DNA of 57,938 nucleotides from an uncultured Bacilli bacterium. Its GTDB lineage: Bacteria; Bacillota_I; Bacilli_A; RF39; UBA660. Positions within the stretch are counted from its first letter, which is position 1. Every line of letters begins with the position of its first letter. Below, piece after piece: positions 1 to 10,243 of this stretch. Under the pieces are notes generated by a model. That model was not told the DNA's origin. It searched no databases and saw only the letters and a program-made list of their open reading frames with translations. The position numbers were made by a program, and so were the translations under genes. The stretch is from the NCBI GenBank assembly GCA_934085875.1, contig CAKOHQ010000002.1, forward strand, positions 1-57,938, written 5' to 3'.

Positions 1-145
1 GACTAAAGTAAGACTCTCCTTACCAAAATAAATTAAATAATCGTGTTATATTTTATCATATTTTTTGTTTTGTAAATAGTTTTTATAAAAAAATATGGTA
101 TATTTAAGCTTTTTTATTTAAAAATCACATATTTCCAATCAATTA

Positions 146-1153
146 TTATATTAACCCTTTTTCATAATAATTAACAAGTATTTTTTCGTTATTTGAATAG
201 TATTCATAATCTGTTTTTAGGTATTTTGTAAATCCCCATTTAAAATATATTTGAATATTTCTTGTCTCACATGGTTCAACACCCAGTGTTAATGACTTAA
301 AGCCTTTATCTTTTAAATCATTTTCCATAAATTTATATAATTTTGAAAAATATCCTTGATTTTCAAATTCTTTATTTGTTCTAAAAGCTGTTAAATATGC
401 TTTACCTTCGTCTATCAATGCTTCTTTATTTTGCGTATCTGTATCATTTTCAGAAATAATTGCTGTTGCTTCAGTAATTATTTCATTATTAAGAATACCC
501 ATATAGACAATTCTATTATCAATATTACGTAATGATTCTGCTTTAAAGTTTTTCCAAACATCTGAATTATCATGCTTTTTTATTTCTATATCCCATTTCT
601 TAGTTAATAATTCTTCTGTTGCAATAACACATTTATAATTATTTTCATTATTTATCTTTTTTACATCTGTTAAACCTCTTGTATGAAAACCAATTTTTTC
701 ATAAAATCTAATAGCATTTTTATTATAAGCAAAAACATCAACAAAAATATATTCACATCCTATACTTTTTAAATATTCTTCAATTTTTTGCATAAGTTGC
801 TTACCAACACCCCTGCTTCTAGCATTTTTGGATACTATTAATTCTGAAATCTCACCACTTCTAGGACATTTATAATCTAAATAATCATATTCATCATAGG
901 CTCTAACATACCCCATTATTAGACCGACAGCCTTATTATTTTCTACTGCTAAATAACACTTGCCATAATTATTATTCACTTCTTCCAAATCCAAAATAGC
1001 CATTTTATCTCTATATTCAGAATGTAATTGATCTAAGTTATCCTTATCAATAGATAATATATATTCTTCTAATTCTACTAATAAATCTTTAACATCTGCT
1101 AAATATTTTTTTTGATATTCTATTATTTGCATAAAATTTTTTATTCCTTTCAT
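146..1153 (-). CDS. GNAT family N-acetyltransferase with two tandem acetyltransferase domains
   Basis: 335-aa ORF. N-terminal half has GNAT motif A (ELIVSKNARSRGVGKQLM ... AIRFYEKIGF). C-terminal half repeats the fold (FENQGYFSKLYKFM ... IQIYFKWGF). Confidence 0.75.
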   Translation of the reverse strand: MKGIKNFMQIIEYQKKYLADVKDLLVELEEYILSIDKDNLDQLHSEYRDKMAILDLEEVNNNYGKCYLAVENNKAVGLIMGYVRAYDEYDYLDYKCPRSGEISELIVSKNARSRGVGKQLMQKIEEYLKSIGCEYIFVDVFAYNKNAIRFYEKIGFHTRGLTDVKKINNENNYKCVIATEELLTKKWDIEIKKHDNSDVWKNFKAESLRNIDNRIVYMGILNNEIITEATAIISENDTDTQNKEALIDEGKAYLTAFRTNKEFENQGYFSKLYKFMENDLKDKGFKSLTLGVEPCETRNIQIYFKWGFTKYLKTDYEYYSNNEKILVNYYEKGLI

Positions 1154-1211
1154 TCAAAACACACATAATCAAAAAAGTACCAAAATTATATTATTTTTAG
1201 ACTAACTTTTT

Positions 1212-1697
1212 TTACTTATTATTAAAAACAAAGAATTCATCTGTACCATTATTTTTAACAACATAATTACCACTTGTATATTCTTCTATTGTTTTTTTCC
1301 AAAATGAATATGCTTGTTTACTATTTTTTATTGGTTCAACTTCCCAATATCCTCTATATTTTTCAAAAATTTCCACTGCCACTTTTTTACCTATATGGTT
1401 TCTCCTATATTGTGGCATTATCAAGAATTCTGCTATACATTTTCCATTACTATTAAATTTCAAATTTTCATTTATCATTACAAATCCTAAATATGTTTTG
1501 CCACTTTTTATAAAATAAGCATCTCTATCTTCATCAGTAAAATAATTGTTAAACCATTTATACTGAAATTTAGCATTTTCATTTAAATTGTTTTCTATAT
1601 ATTGACTACCATCATATAAAGAAAACTGTAATAAGCTATATAATATTTCTTTTTTATCCAATGTTACCTTGTCTAATGTATAATTCATCAAAATCAC
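1212..1697 (-). CDS. GNAT-like acetyltransferase (predicted)
   Basis: 161-aa ORF. AEFLIMPQYRRNHIGKKVAVEIF resembles the acetyl-CoA binding motif A, followed by SFWKK. Confidence 0.55.
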   Translation of the reverse strand: MILMNYTLDKVTLDKKEILYSLLQFSLYDGSQYIENNLNENAKFQYKWFNNYFTDEDRDAYFIKSGKTYLGFVMINENLKFNSNGKCIAEFLIMPQYRRNHIGKKVAVEIFEKYRGYWEVEPIKNSKQAYSFWKKTIEEYTSGNYVVKNNGTDEFFVFNNK

Positions 1698-1732
1698 CTA
1701 TTTTTTAATTTTTTACTTAAATAATTTTTGAG

Positions 1733-2820
1733 TTATATATCACTGCTATCTATATTCATAAAATAATTCATAAATATTAATCCATGAGATTTAGTCATTT
1801 TCTCTTTAAGAATTAAATCATATATTTCATCTTCTGACATATAGCTAACATTATCAACTTCTTCTTTCTGCAGTGAAAGTTTATTAATATCAATATCTTC
1901 TTCTAAATAATAAATATCTGCAAAAGGAATACCTAAAAGTATATCATCAATATATTTTAACTTTTCTTTTTTTATTTCTATTCCTAACTCTTCTTTTAGT
2001 TCTCTTGTAATAGCATCTTTTGAAGTTTCGTTATATAAAACATGACCACCAGTCGAACTATATAATCCACCTTTTTCTTTCGATGTTTTTTGAATTAGAT
2101 ATTTTCCATCTTTATTTTTTATAAATACAATGGCAATTAAAATATGATCGCCAATATTTAATCTTTCACCTCTAATAATTTTCTTATTTGTTTTATTTTT
2201 TTTATTATCATATAAATTTAAATATTCTATTTTACTTCCTGATTTTGTATATTCTTCTTTTGTTATTTCATAGCAATAACATTCAGTTTTTTTAGTTTGA
2301 ATAGTATATTTAATCAATTTTGTTTTATTTAACCTACGAAAACCGAATTTCTCCATAATCTTCCATGAAGCTGGATTTTCTATTGCAGCACACGTTTCTA
2401 TTTTTTCAATTTCAACTTCGTAAAACATATAGTCAAGCATTAATTTAGCTGCTTCTGTTCGAATCCCATTCCTTGATAGCGTGAATCTAAAAACCAACCA
2501 ACGTCTCTTATAGAATCATTATTTTTATTACTACTTTCATCATAAGAACTTTGACAGCTTACTTGACCAATACATTCATTCTTTGTTTTTAAAATTATAG
2601 ACCACTGAAATACATCATTATTTAATGCTCTCTCTAGTTTTTTATATTGCCATTTTTTTTCATCTTCCCAATTATTATTAATTTTTCCTACTAAATAATA
2701 TTTGGATATTTCTTTATTTTTTAAAATATTCCATAAAACTTTTAAATCTTCTTCCTTAGTAGGTCTTAAAATTAATCTTTTTGATTCTAATACCTTTGAT
2801 CCAATATATTTCATAAACAA
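1733..2820 (-). pseudogene. RimJ/RimL-type GNAT fused to a NUDIX hydrolase domain, interrupted by a 1-nt frameshift near 2460
   Basis: ORF 2440..2820 ends ...DVGWFLDSRYQGMGF, then goes out of frame. ORF 1733..2497 continues in another frame with TEAAKLMLDYMFYEVEIEKIETCAAIENPASWKIMEKFGFRR, followed by a NUDIX box (GGHVLYNETSKDAITRELKEELGIE). Restoring one base (TTC GAA CA to TTC GGA ACA) would give QGMGFGTEAAKLML. Confidence 0.75.
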
Positions 2821-2954
2821 AGTACCTTCTTCCTATATAATATTATAGCATGAATCTAACAAAAATAACTTATTAGAAATATCATTTTATTAGTTAATAT
2901 CAAATGTCATTGTAAATGTCACTGTATTTTAATGTTATAGTTATATTCTACTTT

Positions 2955-3581
2955 TTAAACTAATATCATAGTACTATTCTTTTTCTTCCTTATAAAAGAT
3001 AAATAAGCTTCTAAGTTATTACTTTCTATCTCATTATCTATTCCCCATACTTTATCATATATTAATTCTTTACTTAATACTTGTTCTTTATTTCTAATAA
3101 ATACTTCTAATATTGTAAGTTCTTTACATACTAATTCTAACTTTATATTTGTTTTATTACAATATATATAAGAATTTTTTATATCTAACTCTATATCTTT
3201 ATATTTTAATATATTTTTATTTTCTTTATTATTTAGTTGTATATTTATTCTAGCAACTAACTCATCTATATGAAAAGGTTTTGTCATATAATCTACACAC
3301 CCATTATTAAGTCCATTTAATTTATCTTCTAATGTAGATTTTGCAGTTAACATTATTATTTTACTATCTATATTTTTATTTTTTATATTATCTAGTATTT
3401 CAAATCCATTCATACCAGGTAGCATTACATCTAGTATAACTAAATCATATGCATTAGTAAGTATATTATATAATCCTTCTAAACCATCAGTACATATATC
3501 TACAATATATTTTTCTTTTTCTAATCTAGATTTTATTACATCTGCTAAATTAAATTCATCTTCAATAATTAATATACGCAT
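2955..3581 (-). CDS. OmpR-family response regulator, C-terminally truncated (wing missing), with no adjacent histidine kinase
   Basis: Receiver motifs IIEDE, LDVMLPGMNG, MLTAKS and MTKPF are present. The winged-helix region ends at LEAYLSFIRKKKNSTMILV, without the terminal beta-hairpin (xTVRGxGY). Confidence 0.7.
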   Translation of the reverse strand: MRILIIEDEFNLADVIKSRLEKEKYIVDICTDGLEGLYNILTNAYDLVILDVMLPGMNGFEILDNIKNKNIDSKIIMLTAKSTLEDKLNGLNNGCVDYMTKPFHIDELVARINIQLNNKENKNILKYKDIELDIKNSYIYCNKTNIKLELVCKELTILEVFIRNKEQVLSKELIYDKVWGIDNEIESNNLEAYLSFIRKKKNSTMILV

Positions 3582-3634
3582 AAAACATCACCTACTTAAC
3601 TTTATTATATATTTATTAAATGAATATTAAAATA

Positions 3635-4726
3635 TTATTTTTTTAATGTTAAAGTAAATTGATTATTTTCATCATTAATATATTGTTTTAAATCTAATAG
3701 ATTTATTTCTTTTAATACTTTTATTATATCTTTTTTATTAAACACTTTATCTTTACAATTTCTATAATCTATATATATTATTGTATCATTTATATAAGAA
3801 TTGATATATTTTATAAAAGTATCATAATCTATAATTTGTTTATCTAAAGCAAGTTTTAATCTTACTATATAGCATTTTATTAAAAATAAAGATGATTTTT
3901 TTATAATTTCATTCATAAATTCTCTTTGATATTTATTCATATTACTTTCTAATGGATGCTCTATTAAAAAATCTAATGATGATATAAATTGTTCTACTTC
4001 ACTTATGTTTGTATATTTAGTCATTTCATGTATTAAACCTAATAGGTTTGCATTCAAATATAATTTTTGCATTTTTTCTTTACCAATGATATATTCTAAT
4101 TTTTCTGCAAAATATCTATGTAAAGCGTAAGATTGTGGTATTTTTTGATCATTAAAGTATCGTTCAGTTAAATATTGTGTATATCCTTCATTAAATCCTT
4201 TACCAATATTAATTAAATTATCTAAATCATAACATTTTTGTGAAAATCCACAATACACTGTATCATTTTTAATATACGAAGAAGATAAATGCATTAATTC
4301 ATGAAATATCGAAGAATATATACTATCTTTCTTTAATAGGATTATATTATTAAATACATCATATAAGCCTAATACTTCAATATCAAGTACATCAATATTT
4401 AATTCATTAATATTATTTTTTAAACATTTTAAATCTTGTTTTTTAAAGTTTTTTAACATAATATCAACAAACAACAATATATCTTCACTAAATTTTTTAT
4501 CTAATATTTTTTTATAATTTATATCATTATTTGTTTCTATATTTTTTGGAATATTAAGTTTTTCAACGCTTTTTACTTTAAAGTCTTTTCTTAAAGTATA
4601 CGCTTTTTTTGCACTTTCAGCTTTTTCACAATTACAATAAGTAATTATTAAAAATAATCTGTCATCAATTAATTTATTTTTTATTTTGTCTAATTTTGTA
4701 GCAAACTTTTCTTTTAAATCGTTCAT
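3635..4726 (-). CDS. hypothetical protein with an HExxH (HELMH) plus downstream NEG motif, possible gluzincin-type metallopeptidase
   Basis: 363-aa ORF with SIFHELMHLSSS ... GKGFNEGYTQYLTERYF. Confidence 0.35.
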   Translation of the reverse strand: MNDLKEKFATKLDKIKNKLIDDRLFLIITYCNCEKAESAKKAYTLRKDFKVKSVEKLNIPKNIETNNDINYKKILDKKFSEDILLFVDIMLKNFKKQDLKCLKNNINELNIDVLDIEVLGLYDVFNNIILLKKDSIYSSIFHELMHLSSSYIKNDTVYCGFSQKCYDLDNLINIGKGFNEGYTQYLTERYFNDQKIPQSYALHRYFAEKLEYIIGKEKMQKLYLNANLLGLIHEMTKYTNISEVEQFISSLDFLIEHPLESNMNKYQREFMNEIIKKSSLFLIKCYIVRLKLALDKQIIDYDTFIKYINSYINDTIIYIDYRNCKDKVFNKKDIIKVLKEINLLDLKQYINDENNQFTLTLKK

Positions 4727-4783
4727 ACATCTGCCTTGTACTTAATGCCTTTCTTGTATAATATATTATAATATTTTTACCTA

Positions 4784-5974
4784 TTATTCAAATTTTAAAT
4801 TTATAACAGTAATTTCAGCTTTAGTTCCTATTCTCATATTAGGTCCATATAAACCTACACCAGAAGTAACTATATTATGTAAATTACCATATTTTTTATA
4901 TCCATAAGCATTATCCCACATTATATTTACAGTAATATTGCCTGGAAACAATTGTCCATCATGAGTATGCCCAGATAAATCTAAGTCAACGCCCGCTTCA
5001 TTAAGCAAATCTTGCTCTTTTGGTTGATGATCTAATACAATTATAGGTTTACTTTTATCTAAATCTTCTGTTAATTCATTAGGCGTTTTTCTTACGCTTA
5101 TATCTCTTCCTGGTCTAGTTCTATCTGCTCTTCCTATCAAATATACACTATCATTTAATAATACATTCTCATCTCTTAATAAAGTTATATTTGCCTTATT
5201 TAAAAAATCATCCATTTCTTTAGCACTCATTTTTTCATCATGATATTTAAAAGTAAAACCAAATAAGGTTTTTTCATCTATATCATGATTACCGTAAACT
5301 GCATAAACTCCATTTTTTGATTTAATATTTTTTAAATCATTTATTATTTTATCAGGATTATCAATAGCTTCATAACTATTATCAAATATATCTCCAGCAA
5401 TCAAAACTAAATCAGCATCTTCTTTATTAATCAATTTAACCATATTACTTATTTGTTTATCTCCAATATTATAACCAATATGTAAATCAGCTACCATAAC
5501 TATTTTCATATTACTAACATCATTTATCTTTTTATTAATTTTAATATCATAGTTAGTAGTATGAATAATTCTTGCATTTATAACACCCAATATACATATA
5601 GATGCAATTATAACAGTACATAAAATACCATTAATAAAATATCCTTTACTAGTATATAATTTACTATTTCTTAACTTACCATTTGTTTTAAATATAATAC
5701 GTAGTATTTCAAATACAATAATTGTCAAAAACAAATATAGTAAAACACCTAACCAATAATTACCTATACACATAAATATTCGTTTTAATTTACATTGTTT
5801 TAGTATAAAACCAATTACACCAGACAATGCAAAAAAGAAATAAGTACTTAATAATATATACTTAAAATACTTTTTCTTAAAAAATTTATTACATATATGA
5901 AACCATTTAAGTATCTTTCTATATAAGTAATAATTTATAATCAAATATATTGGTGACAAAAATATTGCTATCAT
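4784..5974 (-). CDS. membrane-anchored metallophosphoesterase (calcineurin-like)
   Basis: N-terminal TM helices, then the motifs VADLHIG, AGDIFDN, GNHD and GHTHDGQ. Confidence 0.8.
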   Translation of the reverse strand: MIAIFLSPIYLIINYYLYRKILKWFHICNKFFKKKYFKYILLSTYFFFALSGVIGFILKQCKLKRIFMCIGNYWLGVLLYLFLTIIVFEILRIIFKTNGKLRNSKLYTSKGYFINGILCTVIIASICILGVINARIIHTTNYDIKINKKINDVSNMKIVMVADLHIGYNIGDKQISNMVKLINKEDADLVLIAGDIFDNSYEAIDNPDKIINDLKNIKSKNGVYAVYGNHDIDEKTLFGFTFKYHDEKMSAKEMDDFLNKANITLLRDENVLLNDSVYLIGRADRTRPGRDISVRKTPNELTEDLDKSKPIIVLDHQPKEQDLLNEAGVDLDLSGHTHDGQLFPGNITVNIMWDNAYGYKKYGNLHNIVTSGVGLYGPNMRIGTKAEITVINLKFE

Positions 5975-7731
5975 ATCAATCTCTTTTCTATTTTTATATT
6001 TAATCTATCATAATCTGTTATACCTTTTCCAGTATTAGGATAATGTTTTGAATATATTAAATCTATAATATATAAACTAGTAAATGCTACACATAATATA
6101 ACTAAATATTTTGAATTAATTTTTCTTATATAATTATCTAATATTGGAATTATAAAATATACAACTGCTACTCCACCTAATCCGAATATCAATAAACCTT
6201 CTAAACATATTCTACCATTTATATTTAAGAAATATCCTGTATAATCCCACCACTTAGTTCCATTCATTACTTTTTCTAATATAAATGAAGCACTATATTC
6301 TAAAACTCCACATAATATAATTGAAAGTAAAAATAATTTCCAAAGATTTTTACGAAATCTATATAAAAAAACTAAAATCATTATACATCCTATACCATAT
6401 ATAGGAAGTATTGGTCCGTGTAAAACACCTCTATTAACAAATATACCATCTCCAACTAAATGAAGAGTTACTTCCCATAACCATCCAACAAAAGACAATA
6501 TAAAAAATATTAATATTAAAGAAGTAATTGTATAGTGTTTTAAATAATTTATATTACTAAATCTATCTTTTTTCTTTTTTATTTTAATTGAATGTAACAT
6601 ATCAGGATAACTTTTACCATTCATTATATCTTCATAATTATATATAGCTCTAACTCTATTTTGTTCACGTTCTAATAAAATATTATCATTATTGCTATAA
6701 GTTGTTATTCCAAAATTTTTATCTATAAAACCTCTTATACCAACTCTTTGTTCTAATTTAGGTTTCTTTTCTTTCATTTTATTAGTTATATCACTATAAG
6801 TTTCTTCTAATAACTTTTTACTAGCTTTCTTATATAAATATTTATCATTAAAGTATAAATAACCTTTTACTTTATTTTTTATAGCAAGATTTCTTAAATA
6901 AACATAATATTCACTATAAGTAGATACATTGTATGTATTTGAATAAAATAATCTACTTAAATTAAATGTAAATATTCCAAGAATTTCCCAACCTATAAAA
7001 GATAAATGCAATTTAAAAGATTCCCACTTATGACCATTCATAATAGTTATAGATAATTTTATAGCATCACCACTAGGTATATCAGGATTCTCAGCTAAAA
7101 TAAAAGGTACCATAGAATAAGAATAAGTTTTAATAATTCCACCAATTATTGTTAAATACCATAAAAATAATCTAACAGATGTTCTAAACATAGTAAATGA
7201 TACTTTTAACCATTTCTTACATTTTATTATAAATATAAATTTTTCAATTTTTATCTTCTCATACGTTCTAGCTTCTAAAAATATTCTTCTAACAACCACT
7301 TTAAATATATTTATAATAAAATACCATATAGAAAAATAAAATATAAAGTTTAAAAATAGAATAATAATATATGATATAGACTTAGAATGAGTAATATTTT
7401 CTACTACATTTAACATTGTTAAATATATTTTATCACTACCAATAGAATTAGCAATTAGAGATAATACTCCCTTTTTTCTAGATAATGATTTTGATTTAGA
7501 TACTTTATCAGTGGTTTCTTTTGCAGTATTTTTTATTTCTTCATATGTTTTATTAACTTTAGGAGATACTGTTTTAAATGATGAAATAACATCAGTAGTA
7601 CTATTTAATAAAAAAGAATTAGTAAATTCAGAACCTATAAGTCCTGCTAACGCACAAGCAAGTATTAATATTAAATAATGTTTTTTTAGTGTTTTTCTAG
7701 CATTATATTTCATGTCTTTAAACTTCATCAA
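5971..7731 (-). CDS. polytopic membrane protein, function unknown
   Basis: 586-aa ORF with many hydrophobic segments. The C-terminal part (GWLWEVTLHLV...GVLHGPILPIYGIG) resembles the 'putative ABC-transporter type IV' membrane family. ATGA overlap with the downstream gene. Confidence 0.45.
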   Translation of the reverse strand: MMKFKDMKYNARKTLKKHYLILILACALAGLIGSEFTNSFLLNSTTDVISSFKTVSPKVNKTYEEIKNTAKETTDKVSKSKSLSRKKGVLSLIANSIGSDKIYLTMLNVVENITHSKSISYIIILFLNFIFYFSIWYFIINIFKVVVRRIFLEARTYEKIKIEKFIFIIKCKKWLKVSFTMFRTSVRLFLWYLTIIGGIIKTYSYSMVPFILAENPDIPSGDAIKLSITIMNGHKWESFKLHLSFIGWEILGIFTFNLSRLFYSNTYNVSTYSEYYVYLRNLAIKNKVKGYLYFNDKYLYKKASKKLLEETYSDITNKMKEKKPKLEQRVGIRGFIDKNFGITTYSNNDNILLEREQNRVRAIYNYEDIMNGKSYPDMLHSIKIKKKKDRFSNINYLKHYTITSLILIFFILSFVGWLWEVTLHLVGDGIFVNRGVLHGPILPIYGIGCIMILVFLYRFRKNLWKLFLLSIILCGVLEYSASFILEKVMNGTKWWDYTGYFLNINGRICLEGLLIFGLGGVAVVYFIIPILDNYIRKINSKYLVILCVAFTSLYIIDLIYSKHYPNTGKGITDYDRLNIKIEKRLI

Positions 7732-7823
7732 TACTCACTCTCTTTCTACTTTTATTTTATCATTTTTGCTATACTGATACAATACTATTAAAAAATAAAA
7801 AACTTAGACATAATCTAAGCATT

Positions 7824-8948
7824 CTATACATTACCACTAACTATATATTTAAAATTCTTTTTATATAAATCCCATATATTAGCTTTCTCTATACTTTCTT
7901 TAATAGTTATATCAAAATTATTTATTTTCTTACCATCTTTATATAATTCCAATACTCCAACTTTATCTCCTACATATACCGGTGCTTTAATTTCATTTAT
8001 CTTTAATTTATGGTCATACTTACCTTCTTCATTAACGTCTACTAAATCAACAACATCATTTAAAAGTTTTAAATCTACATAATCTTTTTTACCATTATTT
8101 ACTTTTACTTTACCTAATTTTATATTATTTTTAAATATAGTTTTTAATTTATAATTATTATATCCATAATCTAAAAGTTCTACAGTGTCTTTACTTCTTA
8201 TTTCACTAGTTTCTTCTCCCATAACTACACTTATAAGTCTCATATTATTTCTTTTAGCAGTTGCCGTTAAACAATAACCAGCATTATCAGTAAAACCAGT
8301 TTTTAATCCGTCTAAACCTTTATAATATCTTATGAGTTTATTAGTATTAACCATCCATACACTAGTCCCATCATTCTTTTTTAAATATTCTTCATATATA
8401 CTAGAATAATCTAATATTTTTTGATGCTTTAAAAGTTCTTTTGCAATTACAGCCATATCATTAGGACAACTATAATGATTTTCACTATGAAGTCCATGTA
8501 CGTTTTCAAAATTTGTATTAGTAAGTCCTAATTCTTTTACTTTATCATTCATTAATTTAACAAATTTTTCTTCACTTCCAGCAATAAATTCAGCTAAAGC
8601 TACTGCTGAATCATTAGCGCTTGCAATACAAATACTTTTAATTAAATCATCTACACTCATTACTTCTCCAACATTTAAATATACTTGACTTCCACCCATA
8701 TTAGATGCATTTTCACTCACTGTTACTTTATCAGTAAGTTTTATCTTACCACTATCTACACTTTCCATAATTAATAAAAGAGTCATCATTTTTGTCATAC
8801 TAGCTGGATACATATGTTCAAATGAATTTTCCTCCATTAAAATTTCTCCAGTCGAATATTCCATTAATATACTTCCCTTAGCATTAGTTGCAAAAACATT
8901 TATTGTTAATGCAAAAAAACATAATATAAATACTACAAATTTCTTCAT
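7824..8948 (-). CDS. D-alanyl-D-alanine carboxypeptidase (peptidase S11, low-MW PBP)
   Basis: Signal peptide plus SxxK (SMTK), SxN (SANDS) and KTG (LKTGFT) motifs. 374 aa. Confidence 0.85.
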   Translation of the reverse strand: MKKFVVFILCFFALTINVFATNAKGSILMEYSTGEILMEENSFEHMYPASMTKMMTLLLIMESVDSGKIKLTDKVTVSENASNMGGSQVYLNVGEVMSVDDLIKSICIASANDSAVALAEFIAGSEEKFVKLMNDKVKELGLTNTNFENVHGLHSENHYSCPNDMAVIAKELLKHQKILDYSSIYEEYLKKNDGTSVWMVNTNKLIRYYKGLDGLKTGFTDNAGYCLTATAKRNNMRLISVVMGEETSEIRSKDTVELLDYGYNNYKLKTIFKNNIKLGKVKVNNGKKDYVDLKLLNDVVDLVDVNEEGKYDHKLKINEIKAPVYVGDKVGVLELYKDGKKINNFDITIKESIEKANIWDLYKKNFKYIVSGNV

Positions 8949-9002
8949 AATTCACCTCTAATAAATTATATAAAATAAAAATAATATTATGATCACATAA
9001 TA

Positions 9003-10124
9003 CTATTTAGCTTTTATTCTATTATTTACATCTTTAACAAATATAGCATAGCATATACTAGCTAACGGTAACCCAACAAGCATACCAACTACACCAAACA
9101 AGCTTCCTCCGACAGTAACAGCAAGCAAAGTCCAAATAGGACTAAGTCCTACACTTTTACCAACTACTTTAGGATATATTAAATTACCTTCTATTTGTTG
9201 TATAACAATAAATAAAACCATAAATACAATTGCTTTTACAGGACTAATAGTTAATATTAGTATTGTTCCTATACACATTGCAATTAAAGCACCAAAAATT
9301 GGTATTAGTGCAGTTATACAAGTAAGTAATGAAATTAATAAAGCATAAGGAAACTTAAATATACTAAGTATTACAAAGAATATAGTTCCAAGTATTAAAG
9401 CTTCTAAACATTGACCAGAAACAAACTTAGAAAATGTATTATTACTTAATGTTGCTATACTAAATATTTTATCTGTTTTTCTTTTACTTAAATAAGCATT
9501 TAATACTTTTTTTATACCTCTAATTAAATATTCTTTTTGACTTAACATATAACAAGCAAATACTAAAGCAGTAAATATAGTAATGACACTACTTATAAAA
9601 CTAGTAATAATATTTATAGAACCATTAACTAAGTAATTTAATATCTTTTTTAATATATCATTTATATTAGCGGTATCATTAAACATATTAACTATACTTT
9701 TTTGTATATCTGGATAATCTTTTAATAATTTTAATAAATAATCTTCTATTTTTTTTAACATTATAGGTATATTTTTAATTAAACTTTCTATATTATTTAC
9801 TAATTCTGGTACTAATTCTAATAAAATAAATGTTATTACTATTACAAATATTAATATTGTTAGTGTTAATGATAATATTCTATTTAATCTATCATTTATT
9901 TTATTTTTGCTAATTCTTTTTATTAATTTTTCTATTTTTACCATAAATATATTTAATACAAATGCAAGCACTATTCCTAATATAAATGGAAAAATAGCAT
10001 TAAATAGTTTAGCACAAACAATACTTACAAATTTAAAATTAGAGATTATTAAATAAGATGCTACGAATATAGAAATCATAATTATTATTTTATTTATATC
10101 ACTCTTTTTATTCATCTTTATCAC
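9003..10124 (-). CDS. AI-2E family transporter (PerM/YtvI-like permease)
   Basis: 373-aa polytopic protein with the typical C-terminal motif IEGNLIYPKVVGKSVGLSP. Confidence 0.75.
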   Translation of the reverse strand: MIKMNKKSDINKIIIMISIFVASYLIISNFKFVSIVCAKLFNAIFPFILGIVLAFVLNIFMVKIEKLIKRISKNKINDRLNRILSLTLTILIFVIVITFILLELVPELVNNIESLIKNIPIMLKKIEDYLLKLLKDYPDIQKSIVNMFNDTANINDILKKILNYLVNGSINIITSFISSVITIFTALVFACYMLSQKEYLIRGIKKVLNAYLSKRKTDKIFSIATLSNNTFSKFVSGQCLEALILGTIFFVILSIFKFPYALLISLLTCITALIPIFGALIAMCIGTILILTISPVKAIVFMVLFIVIQQIEGNLIYPKVVGKSVGLSPIWTLLAVTVGGSLFGVVGMLVGLPLASICYAIFVKDVNNRIKAK

Positions 10125-10204
10125 TCTTTTCTAATTAATTATAGAATAAATGATAAAATGTAGTAATTAAAATTATCAAATTTTATCATTTTAGTTATTT
10201 ATTT

Positions 10205-10243
10205 TTTATTTTATAAAAAAGTAGTATAAATAAATTTATACTA
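10205..10243 (-). terminator. rho-independent terminator after tsf
   Basis: AGTATAAAT/ATTTATACT hairpin directly after the tsf stop, followed by a T-run on the minus strand. Confidence 0.5.
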
